Positions 1 through 13,169 of a DNA stretch of 64,000 nucleotides are shown here, piece after piece; position 1 is the stretch's first letter; every line of letters starts with the position of its first letter. Position numbers and translations under genes: made by a program. A model generated the notes under the pieces. It worked only from the letters and a program-made list of their open reading frames with translations, had not been told where the DNA came from and ran no database searches. The stretch covers positions 8,804,001 through 8,868,000 of the forward strand of contig OX597839.1 of assembly GCA_951406725.2 (NCBI GenBank), in the 5' to 3' direction. The stretch is from Octopus vulgaris (lineage: Eukaryota).

Positions 1-222
1 AGAGGTGGGGGAGTGCTGGAATGTTGCTGGTTTTAAGGGTATCGCGAAAGGCTTGGTTGGAAGCCTGACATTCCCAGTTTTTACAGGGCTTAGGGAAACC
101 TGAAGGACTGCTGCAATAGGTGTGTGAATCTGAGAGGGGAATATGTTGAATAAATCCATAATTAACTGATCCTCCTGAATTTTCTTTTACCCAAAAGCCA
201 GGAACTTTTCAGCACCACCTTG
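1..222. mobile_element. Old interspersed repeat ending in a mariner-like terminal sequence
   Basis: Bases 1-120 are similar to 9685-9805 (GGTTTTAA(A)GGGT...TTTTACAGGGCTTAG...CTGAAGGAC). The reverse complement of 193-222 (CAAGGTGGTGCTGAAAAGTTCCTGGCTTTT) resembles Tc1/mariner TIRs. Confidence 0.4.
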
Positions 223-395
223 TGCATGATAACATCATTTCTACACACTCTGTACACAAACATCAATATATACATCCCTACTGATGCCCATGTGTGTACA
301 CACGCACACAAACATACATAGACACACATGCACATACGTGCACAGGTTCATGCTTGCACCTCAAACCATTAAACATTTAAATACACACACGTATG

Positions 396-702
396 CATCT
401 TTGATGCACATAGCTACACACACACGTATACATACACATCGACACATACAGACACAAATGCTCACACACATACATAGGTGCACATGTCCGCAGATATATG
501 CACATGTGCACACACACATACAGTTGCAGATTTGCACAAAACACACATCTTTGATGCACATAGCTACACACACACACACACGTTTACATACACATCGTCA
601 CATACAGACACAAATGCTCACACACGTACACAGGTGCACATGTACGCAGATATATGGACATGTGCACACACACATACAGTTGCAGATTTGCACAAAACAC
701 AC
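396..702 (+). repeat. About 150-bp CA-rich direct duplication (2 copies)
   Basis: CATCTTTGATGCACATAGCTACAC...CAGTTGCAGATTTGCACAAAACACA occurs at about 396-545 and 546-702. Confidence 0.85.
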
Positions 703-1997
703 ACATACAAAGTGGATATATATACACACACACACACATATGCTTACACACACAAGTGCTCACATTCATATGCATATATTTAGAAGCAAGCAAACAATCA
801 AATACATACACATGCATGCACACATGTGTGCATGCACGACATGCATGCATGTGTCTGCATGTGCAACTGGATGTCTCCCTGTTTTAAATTAAATTTCAAT
901 GCAAACCATAAAAAAGAGGATCAGCACTTGCTGTGGTGTTTATGCACGTGCTATTAAACATTTGTGTACACTTATGCATTAAATGCACATCTGCTTTGCA
1001 TTTTATTTGCACCTGTAAAAACTTCCTCCTCCACCACCATCGCCAAAGAGCCCCAAATTTTTTTTTTGCTTCTCTTTTTGTTTGTTTTGCTGCCAAAATC
1101 ACAAAAATTTATGGAAAAAATCTTGATTTACTGTGAGAAGGTTTTTACTATATATGTGTTTGTGTGTGTATAAGTACACACACACACACATAGATATACA
1201 CACACAGATACACACACACACTCATAGATACACACACATAGATACACACACACTCATAGATACACACATACATGTGCACACATACACGTGCACACATACA
1301 TGTGCACACACATAGATACACACACACACACATAGATACACACATGCATGTGTACACATGCACATGCACACATACACGTGCACACGTACATGTGCACACA
1401 CATGTGCACACATACAGACACACACACACAAACGTGGTCACACACGTACGCACACACACACACACACACACATATATGTAGATGTACATATACATAGAGA
1501 TGTATTTTTAATGGTTCAATCAGGATGAAGGGACAGTGCCCCTCACCTTTGTAGGCCAGCTGTGATGATGACTAAGACAGTGAGAGAGAGAGAGAGAGCA
1601 AGAGAGCGGTGGGGGTTTCAATTTCAACATCTGTTAAATCAATGGCATTTGCATAAAAAAATGGGGGCAGGGTAGGGAAATACAGGGGTAGGAGAACAGG
1701 TGGTGGGTGGGCAATGAGACACAGTATAGGTAATGAGAGAAGAGGTGGAGAGAAAGGGAGAGACAAAGGGAGAATGTGTGAGGTGGTAGTGATGGTGGTG
1801 GTGGTGGGGGCAGTGGATATGAAGGCATGTGGGATATGAAGTTGGGAATGGAAGTCAAAGTAGTGGTAGGGAACACAAATTGAGGAGACAGGGCATATAT
1901 ATATATGGGCCAGAGATCACAGGGTGTGTGTCGGTGGGGGAGTGGCTGCCCCTTCAATCAGGTGACCATCTCTTAGATGTAATCTAAAAGGGTTTGT

Positions 1998-2279
1998 GCA
2001 GCAGCAGTAGTAGTGGTAGTAGTGGTAGCAGCAGCGGTAGTGGTAGTAACAGTAGCAGCAGCGGTGGTGGTAGTAACAGTAGCAGCAGTAGTAGTAGTAG
2101 TAGCAGCAGCAGTAGTAGTAGTAGTAGCAGCAGCAACGGTGGTGGTAGTAGTAGCAGCAACAGCTGTGGTAGTGTTAGTAGTAGCAGCAGCAACAGCAGT
2201 AGTAATAGTAGTAGTAGTGGTGGTGGTAATGGTTGTTGTAGTAGTAGTAGTAGTAGTAACAGCAGCAGCAACAGCAGCC
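1998..2279. repeat. Compound (GTA)/(GCA)/(GGT) trinucleotide microsatellite
   Basis: Directly visible; source of the poly-S/poly-V/poly-T pseudo-ORFs. Confidence 0.9.
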
Positions 2280-2504
2280 ATCCAAGAATTTGGACCTGGA
2301 GATCTCCATCTCCAGTGACTTCGAGGGCCACCTCCCAGTGGTGTTGGGCGTCAATGGAAAGCCCTCGACTAAAACAAGACGACCAAAGTTTTTTTTCCAT
2401 ACATATATATATATATATATGAATGGAGAGATAGATAGCTAAATATTTTGTGTCTATGTGGAAAATAATTTCAGTACTTTGATAAGGGACAGTATATATA
2501 CGCC

Positions 2505-2690
2505 AAGATAGATCGTTAGCTCCTACACACATTTTTTTCTCTCCTTGTTTTTTTCTGTGTATCTTTCTGTCGAAGAGCGTAGGCTCGAAACGTAAAAGAA
2601 TTTTTTCTATTTCTGAATGCTATACAAATACATTTGTTTGTTTGTACTCCACCTGCCTTCGTCTTTTGTTTATTTTCGTAAACTTTCACA
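2505..2690 (+). mobile_element. About 190-bp hammerhead-bearing repeat, family H1 copy 1 (Penelope-like/retrozyme-type)
   Basis: Homologous to the reverse complements of 50770-50952 and 52798-52998. Starts ATAGATCGTTAGC, lies close to TA/TG-rich repeats, and contains a minimal hammerhead motif at 2562-2599. Confidence 0.7.
2562..2599 (+). ncRNA. Minimal type I hammerhead-like motif (A6U core variant)
   Basis: TCTTT-CTGTCGA-A-GAGC(GTAG)GCTC-GAAA-CG-TA-AAAGA: stem I TCTTT/AAAGA, stem II GAGC/GCTC, palindromic ACGT in place of stem III. Confidence 0.6.
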
Positions 2691-3294
2691 GTATATGTAA
2701 GTGTATAAGTGTATATATGTATGTCATCTGGTGTGCTGTGTGTATGTCTATGTTGTAAATGAAGGAAATTGTATATGTGTGTATGTATCTGTATGTTATG
2801 CATTTGTATGCATGCTGCAGTTACGTCAGTATGTATTAGTGTCAGAGTGTGAGTGAATGTGTGTGCATGTGTGTGTCCATTTGCATATGTACATGTATGC
2901 ATGTGTGCATACACATGGGTGTTTTCTAAATGTATGTGTGCACTTGTTTGCACATTTCTGTTCACAGGCTACATCTTACACAAATTGAGCATTTGTCTAA
3001 TTCTACTTTATAAGCCTCTTACTATCATACTCAACAATATTATACTACCACTCCACTCCACCAACACTCCACTACCACACCACTCCATCCCCACCTCTAC
3101 CACTGCACTTTCACTCCAGACCCATGCAGGAACCTGGCTAGAATTCTAGTCTTAACTCCTGGTTATCGAGTGGTGAGAAACAAACACAAACAGAAAAACC
3201 CGGGATGATCATGGCTAGCATTTCTTTAAGTTTTAATTGAACTTATTTCCTTAACTCATAAAATAAATAAATTAATTAATTAATATATATATAT

Positions 3295-3620
3295 AGGATC
3301 TTTTCGGTTTGAACGGCAATTTTTAAAAATAATTTCCACGTAACTAAACACTTTTAAACTTTGTATACTGGTAGAATGTGTTTATAAAACATATTTTTCT
3401 CTTGGCTTTATTGAGAAAATTCTATAGTTTGTAAGATATTTGTTGTTGTTTTTTCTTCAATTTCTGCAATTTCAACCAATCAATGATGTCTACTGGATGT
3501 GAAAACATTCTGTGCCGTATGAATATGTCCCTCGTTTAAGAAACAGATTGGGTTTATTTACATTTGTGAAGAAAAAAAAGATACCCTTCCCCCAACCCCT
3601 AACGCTAACCCTAACCCGGA
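3295..3620. mobile_element. Probable interspersed repeat fragment ending in degenerate telomere-like CCCTAA units
   Basis: Begins right after a (TA)n run and ends CCCAACCCCTAACGCTAACCCTAACCC; single copy in the window. Confidence 0.35.
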
Positions 3621-3700
3621 ACCATGTCATTAAGAAGCAAGCTTCTTGCCACTCAGCCGCACCTGCATCTCTGTATTTATCTTCCAGTCCATCCATCTCT

Positions 3701-4051
3701 CTCTTTACTCTTTTACTTCGACTGCGGCCATGCTGGAGCACCACCTTTAGTCGAGCAAATCAACCCCGGTACTTATTCTATCGGTCTCTTTTGCTGAACC
3801 GCTATGTGACGGGGGACGTAAACACACCAGCATCAGTTGTCAAGCAATGCTAGAGGGACAAACACACACACATACATATACATATATATGACAGGCTTCT
3901 TTCAGTTTCCGTCAACCAAATCCACTCACAAGGCATTGGTCGGCCCGAGGTTATAGCAGAATACACTTGCCCAAGATGCCACGCAGTGGGACTGAACCCG
4001 GAACCATGTGGTTGGTAATCAAGCTACTTACCACACAGCCACTCCTGCGCC
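3701..4051 (-). mobile_element. tRNA-derived SINE, family A
   Basis: Reverse complement gives the head GGCGCAGGAGTGGCTGTGTGG (A box) and GGTTCAGTCCC (B box), an internal TA/TG microsatellite, and an (AGTAAAAG)n tail. Confidence 0.9.
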
Positions 4052-4648
4052 TATCTACCTATTTTTTTTATTTAACCATATATTTCACTCTCTATTCATC
4101 TCCATCTATCCATACCCACCCACCCAAGCAACCAACCCACCAATCAACCTAGTATTTCTATATTTCTATCACTCCATTAATTTGGCTTCTTACTTCATCT
4201 TAACCTCAATTCAATTCAATCAAAGCAAGTTTCAAGTAGGTAGGCAGACAAGCAAGCACCAACACCAACACAAACCAATCCAAACTAGACCAAATGGAAA
4301 TCAAAAACAAAAGCCCCTACTACCACCATCGCCTTCCAAAACTACAAATAATATCCTTGCTACTGTTCACCATCACACAGCCACAATTGAAGATGTTTTT
4401 TTGTTGTTTTTAAATCAGTATAATCCATTAAAGAATTAATTAATACCAATGTAGAAGCAGAAAATATCTAAGAGGTCAGTAACTTGACTTGTCTGACCTC
4501 TTAACAAGACAAAACAACCTGAGAAGTTACAAGTCACTCTGCCTCCCCCTTACCGTTTTTACATTAATAAGATAACAGCTTAAGTATGAAGGAAATTTTA
4601 AGACAAAATCACTTCTTTCTTTACAGATGCATACACACACACACACTC

Positions 4649-4685
<37 letters not shown>

Positions 4686-4694
4686 AACACACAC

Positions 4695-4791
4695 ACATAC
4701 AAAAGCATATGCACAAACATCTATAAACATACACACATACACAAACCTTTATAAAGATGCACAAGCGCATACACATATATACACACACACA

Positions 4792-4823
<32 letters not shown>

Positions 4824-5112
4824 TACAAAAGCACATTCACAAACATCTATAAACATACACACATACACAAACTTTTATAAAGATGCACAAGCGCATACAC
4901 ATATATATACACACACACACACTCACATACACATACAAAAGCACATGCACAAACATCTATAAACATACACACATACACAAACCTTTATAAAGATGCACAA
5001 GCGCATACACATATATATACACACACACACACTCACATACACATACAAAAGCACATGCACAAACATCTATAAACATACACACATACACAAACCTTTATAA
5101 AGATGCACAAAC
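4695..5112 (+). repeat. About 110-125-bp CA-rich minisatellite, about 4 copies
   Basis: The unit ACATACAAAAGCA...CATCTATAAACATACACACATACACAAACCTTTATAAAGATGCACAA recurs near 4695, 4821, 4931 and 5041. Confidence 0.85.
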
Positions 5113-6075
5113 ACACACACACACACATATACATACACACACACATGCACACATACATTCGCTCTCAACCATTATCTAATAAATGAAAATTATGAAATTA
5201 CATTGAACAACCATTATAAAGCATCATCCCTCACCACTAGATAAAACTAGTACCACCACCACCACCACCCACCAATACCACCACCCACCAATACCATCCA
5301 CACACAAAAAAAAAAAAAATCCCCTGCTATCCAGCACCACCAGTCAACAAGCAAACCCTACCTATCTTCCATACATCACCCTAAAGTTACACACACACAC
5401 ACACACATACACACACATTATATATAATCATAAGCCTCTTGTATAAAAGGATTAAGCAAAAAAACAAAAGAACAAGAAGCAGAGAGATAGAGAAAAAAAC
5501 AAAACAAGAACAAAATGGAATTTTCAAAAACTAAATAAACAACCAAAAACACAATATTTATCAAGAAACAAATGTTAAAGCTTCTAGTTTAATTAACTGG
5601 TAAAATATGAAACTGCTGGAAAGACCTGACAGATATAGCAGTTACACACACACACACACAAACACACACACAAACACGCACACGCACACACAAACAGACA
5701 CAAACACACACAAACACACATGATATATACATTACATGCACAGACACCTTTACATATGCCTGTGTGTAAACATCTCAAAACACACACACACACACACACA
5801 CACATACACACACACATATATATATATTTTATCTTTTACTTGTTTTAGTCATTAGACTGCGGCCATGCTGGGGCACCCCCTTGAAGGAATTTTAGTTGAA
5901 TGAATAGACTCCAGCACTAATTTTCATTTTTAAAACCTAGTACTTATTCTATCGGTCTCTTTTTGGTGAACTGTTAAGTAAAAAGATATAAACAAACCAA
6001 CACCAGTTGTCAAGCCCTGGGGAGGCGGGGACATCCTCAGACACAATGATACATTCACATGTGCACACACATGCA

Positions 6076-6123
<48 letters not shown>

Positions 6124-6370
6124 AAAGGTGCAATCAACCAAGAAAACCACCATATAGTCTAACAAACAAAGGAGGACACATCAGCTAATGCATTCCAATA
6201 TACCCTTAAAAAGGCTGGAGGGTCATGGTTGCAATGCTTTTGACCATAGGTTCAGTCAATCAGGGCTGACTTGAAGAGTAATGACAACAACAGCAATCAC
6301 TTCTAGAATCAGCACAACATCCATGAGATCAGACATGTACTATATATTATATATATTATATATATATATC

Positions 6371-6678
6371 TCACCGTGATCACCGTGACTGACCAGGCTA
6401 TCAGATGTTGCTACACATCGCTGGTCACAATGCGCTTCGCATTGTTTTAGCCTTCAAATGATGCCATCCCACTGGCTAAGTGAGCAGGCCAACAGAAGAA
6501 AGAGTGAGAGAAAGTTGTGGCGAAAGAGTACAGCAGGGACCGCCACCATACCTTGCTGGAGCCTCAGGGCACTTTAGGGGTTTTCACTCAATAAACACTC
6601 ACAACGCCCGGTCTGGGAATCGACACCGTGATCCTACGACCACGAGTCCGCTGCACTAACCACTGGACAATTGCGCCT

Positions 6679-6680
<2 letters not shown>
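6371..6680 (-). mobile_element. tRNA-derived SINE, family C
   Basis: Reverse complement of the element at 15212-15512; tRNA-like head with TCGATTCCC B box. Confidence 0.85.
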
Positions 6681-6733
<53 letters not shown>

Positions 6734-6769
6734 ACATAAGCACAAACAAGGCTGTTGGTGCAGGTGTGG

Positions 6770-7200
6770 TTCAGGCATGACAGTGTGATAAGAAGCTTGC
6801 TTCACAACCACATGGTTCCAGGTTCAGTCCCACTGCGTGGCACCTTGGGCAAGTGTCTTCCACTATAGCCTCAGGCTGACCAAAGCTTTGCAAGTGGATT
6901 TGGTAGACGGAAACTGAATGAAGCCCATCATATGTCTATCTATCTATCTATCTACCTATCTACCTATTTATGTAGCTATCTATCTACCTATCTACCTATT
7001 TATGTGTATGTGTGTGCCATCACCATTTGACAATTGGTGTTAGTGTGTTTATGTACCCTGTAACTTAGTCATTTGGCAAAAGAGACCGATAGAATAAGTA
7101 CCAGGTTTTAAAGTGCTGCGGTCGATTTGTTTGACTAATACCTTTCGAGGTGGTGTCCCAGCATGGCCACAATCAAATAATTGAAACAACTAGAAGAATA
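6770..7200 (+). mobile_element. SINE family A (older, diverged copy)
   Basis: GGTTCAGTCCCACTGCGTGGCACCTTGGGCAAG ... CAGCATGGCCACAATCAAAT. Confidence 0.8.
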
Positions 7201-7235
7201 TATATATATGTATATGTGAAGAATATATACATATA

Positions 7236-7465
7236 GGCGGCGAGCTGGCAGAAACGTTAGCACGCCGGGCGAAATGCTTAGCGGTATTTCGTCTGTCGTT
7301 ACGTTCTGAGTTCAAATTCTGCCGAGGTCAACTTTGCCTTTCATCCTTTCGGGGTCGATAAATAAAGTACCAGTTTTGCACTGGAGTCGATGTAATCGAC
7401 TTAATCCCTTTGTCTGTCCTTGTTTGTCCCCCTCTATGTTTAGCCCCTTGTGGGTCGTAAAGAAA
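7236..7465 (+). mobile_element. tRNA-related SINE, family B
   Basis: GGCGGCGAGCTGGCAGAA head, GAGTTCAAATTC B-box-like motif, GCCTTTCATCCTTTCGGGGTCGATAAA core; many copies in the window. Confidence 0.85.
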
Positions 7466-7884
7466 TATATGTGCATGTATACACACACACACTATATAAT
7501 ATGCTAGTATAGAAGCATATAGTATAGTATGAACTTGTATAGAAGCCATCACCACAATGAACCCCACCCATCAATCCCACCCCCATGCCCCACCCATCCA
7601 TCAGGACAGCCACTCTCTATCACAATGATAGAGCAACTATTGCTTTCAAACCAGACAAAATATGGTTTGTGTGGATGCAAAAAGAGCCTGAAAGCTGTTA
7701 TTAGCAGCAGCCTTTACAAGAAATACTCCCATCAAATGGTATGTTAGGTTGACGGCATCTGTCGTGGGCTGGTGGTGGTGGTGGTGGTGGTGGTGGTTTC
7801 GGGTGATGGGGATGGTGGTGGTTTAGGGTGGTGGGGATGGTGGTCGTTTCGGGTGGTGGGGATGGTGGAGGTACAACTACTACT

Positions 7885-8073
7885 ATCACCGCCACCACCA
7901 CCACCACCACCATCATCATCACTGCCACTGCTACCAACACCACCACCATCATCATCACTGCCACTGCTACCAACACCACCACCAACACCACCACCACCAT
8001 CATCATCACTGCCACTGCTACCAACACCACCACCATCATCATCACTGCCACTGCTACCAACACCACCACCAAC

Positions 8074-8104
<31 letters not shown>

Positions 8105-8570
8105 CTGCTACCAACACCACCACCACCACCACCACCATCATCATCACTGCCACTGCTACCAACACCACCACCATCATCATCATCACTGCCACTGCTACCA
8201 ACACCACCACCACCACCACCACCACCATCATCATCACTGCCACTGCTACCAACACCACCACCACCACCACCACCACCACCACCATCATCATCATCACTGC
8301 TACCAACACCACCACCACCACCACCACCATCATCATCACTGCCACTGCTACCAACACCACCACCATCATCATCACTGCCACTGCTACCAACACCACCACC
8401 ACCACCACCACCACCATCATCATCACTGCCACTGCTACCAACACCACCACCACCACCGCCACCGCCACTACCACCATCATCATCGCTGCCACTGCTACCA
8501 CCACCGCCACCACCAACACCACTACCATCACTGCCACTGCTACCAACACCACCACTGTCGACACTACCAC
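7885..8570 (+). repeat. Compound minisatellite: (CAC)n(CAT)n plus constant CACTGCCACTGCTACCAA
   Basis: About 15 units with variable CAC/CAT counts; explains the three long low-complexity ORFs. Confidence 0.9.
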
Positions 8571-9554
8571 TGTTACTACTATTACAAAGTAATATAGCTG
8601 TTGGCCCTCGATAGATCGATACAGATCATTGTCTCTGCGCTTGCTGGTGAATGTGTGTGTGCGCGTGTGTGTGTGTGTGTGTGATTAGCACACGTGTGTA
8701 TGTGTGTGAACGTGTGATTAGTGTGTATGAACGCGTCGCTGTGCATGCATGATTTTGTTCATGTGTAATGTGTGTGTGTGTATATGCATGTGTGTGTGTG
8801 TGTATATGCATGTGTGTGTGTGTATATGCATGTGTGTGTGTGTATATGCATGTGTGTGTGTGAGAGAGAGCTGCAATACATGCTATTATTATTATTATTA
8901 TTATTATGACAGTGCTTATTACACAAGCTGGTAATGCATGTAAACAGGTGTGATGCGGGGGGGGGGGGGAATGGGGGGAGGAGGAAGAAGGCAAGGAGGG
9001 GGGAGGGAGAAGGTAAAGTGAATGGGGAGGCGAGCTAAGCTGATGTAAGTCTTTCTGAGAAGTGGAAGCGGGGGGAGGGGGCAGAAGTAGAGAGGTACAA
9101 GAAGGGGGAAAAGGAGGTGGGGATAAAAGAAGTAGGAGCAGAGGGATGGCGTAACAGGTAGAAGAGAGGTTGCGGTGGGGGAGAGGAGGAGGAGGAGGAG
9201 GAGGAGGGGGTGTTTAAGGGGAGAATCGTTCAGAGCATCAGACAGAATGCCTGGCAGCATTTCTTCTGGCTTTTTAGGCATGCTTGTATGTATATATATA
9301 TGTGTGTGTGTGTGTGTATGTGTGTGTGTGTGTGTATGTATATATATGTGTGTGTGTATGTATATATGTGTGTGTGTGTGTATGTGTATGTATGTATGTA
9401 TATATGTGTGTCTGTATATATGTGTGTGTGTGTATGTGTATGTATGTATGTATATGTGTGTGTGTGTGTGTGTATGTGTGTGTGTGTGTGTGTATGTATG
9501 TATATATATATGTGTGTATGTATGTAAATATATACATATGTATGTATATGTGTA

Positions 9555-9611
<57 letters not shown>

Positions 9612-10032
9612 CTGTATATGTGTGTTTGTACACATATACATAAATATATATACATATGTATGTACTTGTGTGTGTGTGTAAAAGGGTGAGGTGGGAGTTG
9701 AAGTGTTCTTGGTTTTAAAGGGTCACACAAAAGGTTTGGTTGGAGGTTCAACCTTCCAAGTTCTTTTACAGGGCTTAGAAAAACTGAAGGACAGATGCAA
9801 TGAGTATGTCTTCCAGTGCCATCCAGAGCAGCATTTAGATTGAGGGGGCAGCTTCCCCCTCGAGTCATCAGATAGGAATTTTACTTACTTACGTAACAAA
9901 AATACTTAGTGGTGGACAGATTTAATGAGTAAAAATCAAATCTAGATAACCAAGATCTATACATGAAAGTAAATTTAACCATATTTAGATGAAGGTATCT
10001 AAGAAAAGCAAAAAAATATCAGGAAATCCATA

Positions 10033-10438
10033 GGCGCAGGAGTGGCTGTGTGGTAAGTAGCTTGCTAACCAACCACATGGTTCCCGTGTTCAGTCCCACT
10101 GCGTGGCATCTTGAGCAAGTGTCTTCTGCTATAGCCCCGGGCCGACCAATGCCTTGTGAGTGGATTTGGTAGATGGAAACTGAAAGAAGCCTATCGTATA
10201 TATGTATATATATATATGTGTTTGTGTGTGTGTGTTTGTCCCCCTAGCATTGCTTGACAACCGATGCCGGTGTGTTTACGTCCCCGTCACTTAGCGGTTC
10301 AGCAAAGAGACCGATAGAATAATTACTGGGCTAACAAAGAATAAGTCTCGGGGTCGATTTGCTCGACTAAAGGCGGTGCTCCAGCATGGCCGCAGTCAAA
10401 ATGACTGAAACAAGTAAAAGAGTAAATGAGTAAAGAGT
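10033..10438 (+). mobile_element. SINE family A, full length
   Basis: Complete head, body and tail; AAATCCA on both sides (10024-10030, 10444-10450) is a possible TSD. Confidence 0.92.
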
Positions 10439-10554
10439 ATTACAAATCCAGCGCAATACACTAATGAAGACATGGGCAAAACTAATTAAGGAAGACTTAA
10501 GTCACAGCATCTCAACCTGAAACACGCTAAGGCCGGCACCATGGATCATGGATA

Positions 10555-10663
10555 TGACACGCTTCTTTCAGTTTCCGTCAATTTATTCTATTGGTCTCTT
10601 CATGCCAGACTGCTAAGTTACAGGGTTGTCAAGTGGTAGTGAGGGATAAACACAAGCATGAAC

Positions 10664-10694
<31 letters not shown>

Positions 10695-10804
10695 GATATG
10701 ACAGGCTTCTTTCAGTTTCCGTCAATTTATTCTATTGGTCTCTTCCTGCCAGACTGCTAAGTTACAGGGTTGTCAAGTGGTAGTGAGGGACAAACACAAG
10801 CATG

Positions 10805-10840
<36 letters not shown>

Positions 10841-11005
10841 TATGACAGGCTTCTTTCAGTTTATGTCAACCAACTCCACTCGTAAGATTTTGGTCAGCTC
10901 AAGGCAATCGTATAAGACACTTGCCCAAGGTGCCACACAGTGGAGCTGAAACCAGAACCATGTGGTTTAGAATCAAGCTTCTTACTACACAGCCATGTCT
11001 GTGCC
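10555..11005 (-). mobile_element. Rearranged SINE A with an internal ~140-bp tandem duplication
   Basis: GCTTCTTTCAGTTTCCGTCAATTTATTCTATTGGTCTC...(CA)n occurs twice (about 10561-10700 and 10705-10845). Confidence 0.75.
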
Positions 11006-11009
11006 TGTA

Positions 11010-11417
11010 TACTCTTTTACTCTTTTACTTGTTTCAGTCATTTGACTGCGGCCATGCTGGAGCACCGCCTTTAGTCGAGCAAATCGACCCTGGGACTTAT
11101 TCTTTGTAAGCCCAGTACTTATTCTATCGGTCTCTTTTGCCGAACCACTAAGTGACAGGGACGTAAACACACCAGCATCGGTTGTCAAGCTATGCTAGGA
11201 GGACAAACACAGACACAGAAACACATACACACACATACATATATATATACATATATATATACGACAGGCTTCTTTCAGTTTCCGTCTACCAAATCCACTC
11301 ACAAGGCATTGGTCGGCCCGGGGCTATAGCAGAAGACACTTGCCCAAGATGCCACGCAGTGGGACTGAACCCGGAACCATGTGGTTGGTTAGCAAGCTAC
11401 TTACCACACAGCCACTC
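11010..11417 (-). mobile_element. SINE family A, near full length
   Basis: High identity to 10033-10438 in reverse orientation. Confidence 0.92.
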
Positions 11418-12369
11418 CATATATATGTATCAAAAATTTAATCAAAGTTAAAAGTTCCCTCATACAACTCTAAGTTTCACCTTCCAACATGATACCCTAC
11501 AGAGAAACTTCAGCTCCAATTAAATTATATATATTTCATCTATATTATTCAATATATTTTATTGTACCATAGCTCTAAATTTAGTATAATAATATAACAT
11601 TTATTATATTAATTCTATTTAAAACTGATAGACTTTTCATAAACATATTTACTTGTATTGCGAGATATTTATTAAAATTATTATGGTTATCACAGCATTT
11701 CTCAGTCATAAAATTTCAATATTCAGATCAAGTGCATTGACAATAAGGTCCTACAAGCAAAGAGTGCTTTTTCAAAACTCATGACAGTTCAACAGTTTAG
11801 TCTAATCTTTAGTATATAAACAGTAAATTTCAAAAAGATATTTTCTTCATTGTCCGTCTGTCAATGAAGGCAATATGTGTGTGTAATTGTGTAATTGATA
11901 TACATATGTCGTTACCAGAAACATAATTCTATGTGAAGAAGAAGAAGAAACAAGAAGGGGAGAAAGAGGAGGATGTATGTATGTATATATATATATATAT
12001 ATATATGTAAATGTAAAAAAAATACAAACTGGGACAAGAACGTAAAACATTTAGAAGACGATACAAAAAACACGGACAGGACATTCAAAGCCTTCAGTCT
12101 TCAGTCAATAACCGGATCATCTTCGCAATTTCGGCTGATTAATCTTCAGATTGCTCCGATCTGGCCAGCCCCAAAGGAAAATCTAAGCCAAGTGCATTAG
12201 ATTCCTTGGAAGAAAGCCTCGAATGTATACAAAACAAGGACGGAAAATCGGACGATGTTACACGAATAAAAATACAAAAATACGTAAAAACAATAATGAT
12301 AACACGAATAAGAATACAAAAATACGTAAAAGCAATTATGGTGATAATAATAACAACAAAAACAGGACG

Positions 12370-12559
12370 TCGTCATTTAACGTCTGCTTTCCATGCTAGC
12401 ATGGGTTGGATGGTTTGACTGTGGGCTGGCAAACCAGATGGCTGCACCAGGCTCCAGTCTTGATCTGGCAGAGTTTCAACAGCTGGATGCCCTTCCTAAC
12501 GCCAACCACTCCGAGAGTGTAGTGGTTGGTGTTAGGAAAGGCATCCAGCTGTAGAAACT
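12370..12559 (-). mobile_element. Family D repeat (GAT-tailed, probable RTE-mobilised SINE) with a foldback
   Basis: TTTAACGTC...CCATGCTAGCATGGGTTGGA...CAGCTGGATGCCCTTCCTAACGCCAACCACT is shared with the copies at 14990, 16168 and 60640. Confidence 0.75.
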
Positions 12560-12982
12560 ATATATATATATGTCTGATTTTTTATCGCCAGTCAGAGACT
12601 GACCATTAAAGTTTTATAGAGAGTGCTTCTTCTTCAGATATATAACTACTGAGATGTGTGTGTATGTGTACAGACATACATATACAAATATTTTATACTG
12701 ATATATTCTTCAATTATCATTTTGTCTACACTGTTCAATATATGTTATTATATAATAGCTCTGAATTTTGTCTAATTCAATGTGAATACTCTGATAGACT
12801 CAAAATATCTTCTTGTTATAAATACACACAAATAGGCGCAGAAGTGACTGTGTGGTAAGAAGCTTGCTTACCAGCCACATGGTTCTGAGTTCAGTCCCAC
12901 CGTGTGGCACCCTGATATATAATATATATATATTAAATATATATATATATATATATATTATATATCAGGGTGCCACACATTT

Positions 12983-13052
<70 letters not shown>

Positions 13053-13109
13053 CATATATATACACATACAACCACACTCACAACCATACACACATGCATA
13101 AGTAAATTA

Positions 13110-13169
<60 letters not shown>

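Noticed and set aside
2260-2400. Short GC-rich frame QQQQQQPSKNLDLEISISSDFEGHLPVVLGVNGKPSTK
   Set aside because: No start codon or acceptor tract, no donor site, no recognisable homology; too short to call.
10033-10110. tRNA genes suggested by A/B boxes (here and in all SINE heads)
   Set aside because: No complete cloverleaf could be drawn, and each head continues into a SINE body and tail.
12070-12160. Two CTGAAGA motifs on the minus strand in a TA-adjacent segment
   Set aside because: Neither has a pairable stem II plus a correctly placed stem I (the second lacks GAAA). The segment may still be a repeat, but no hammerhead can be drawn.
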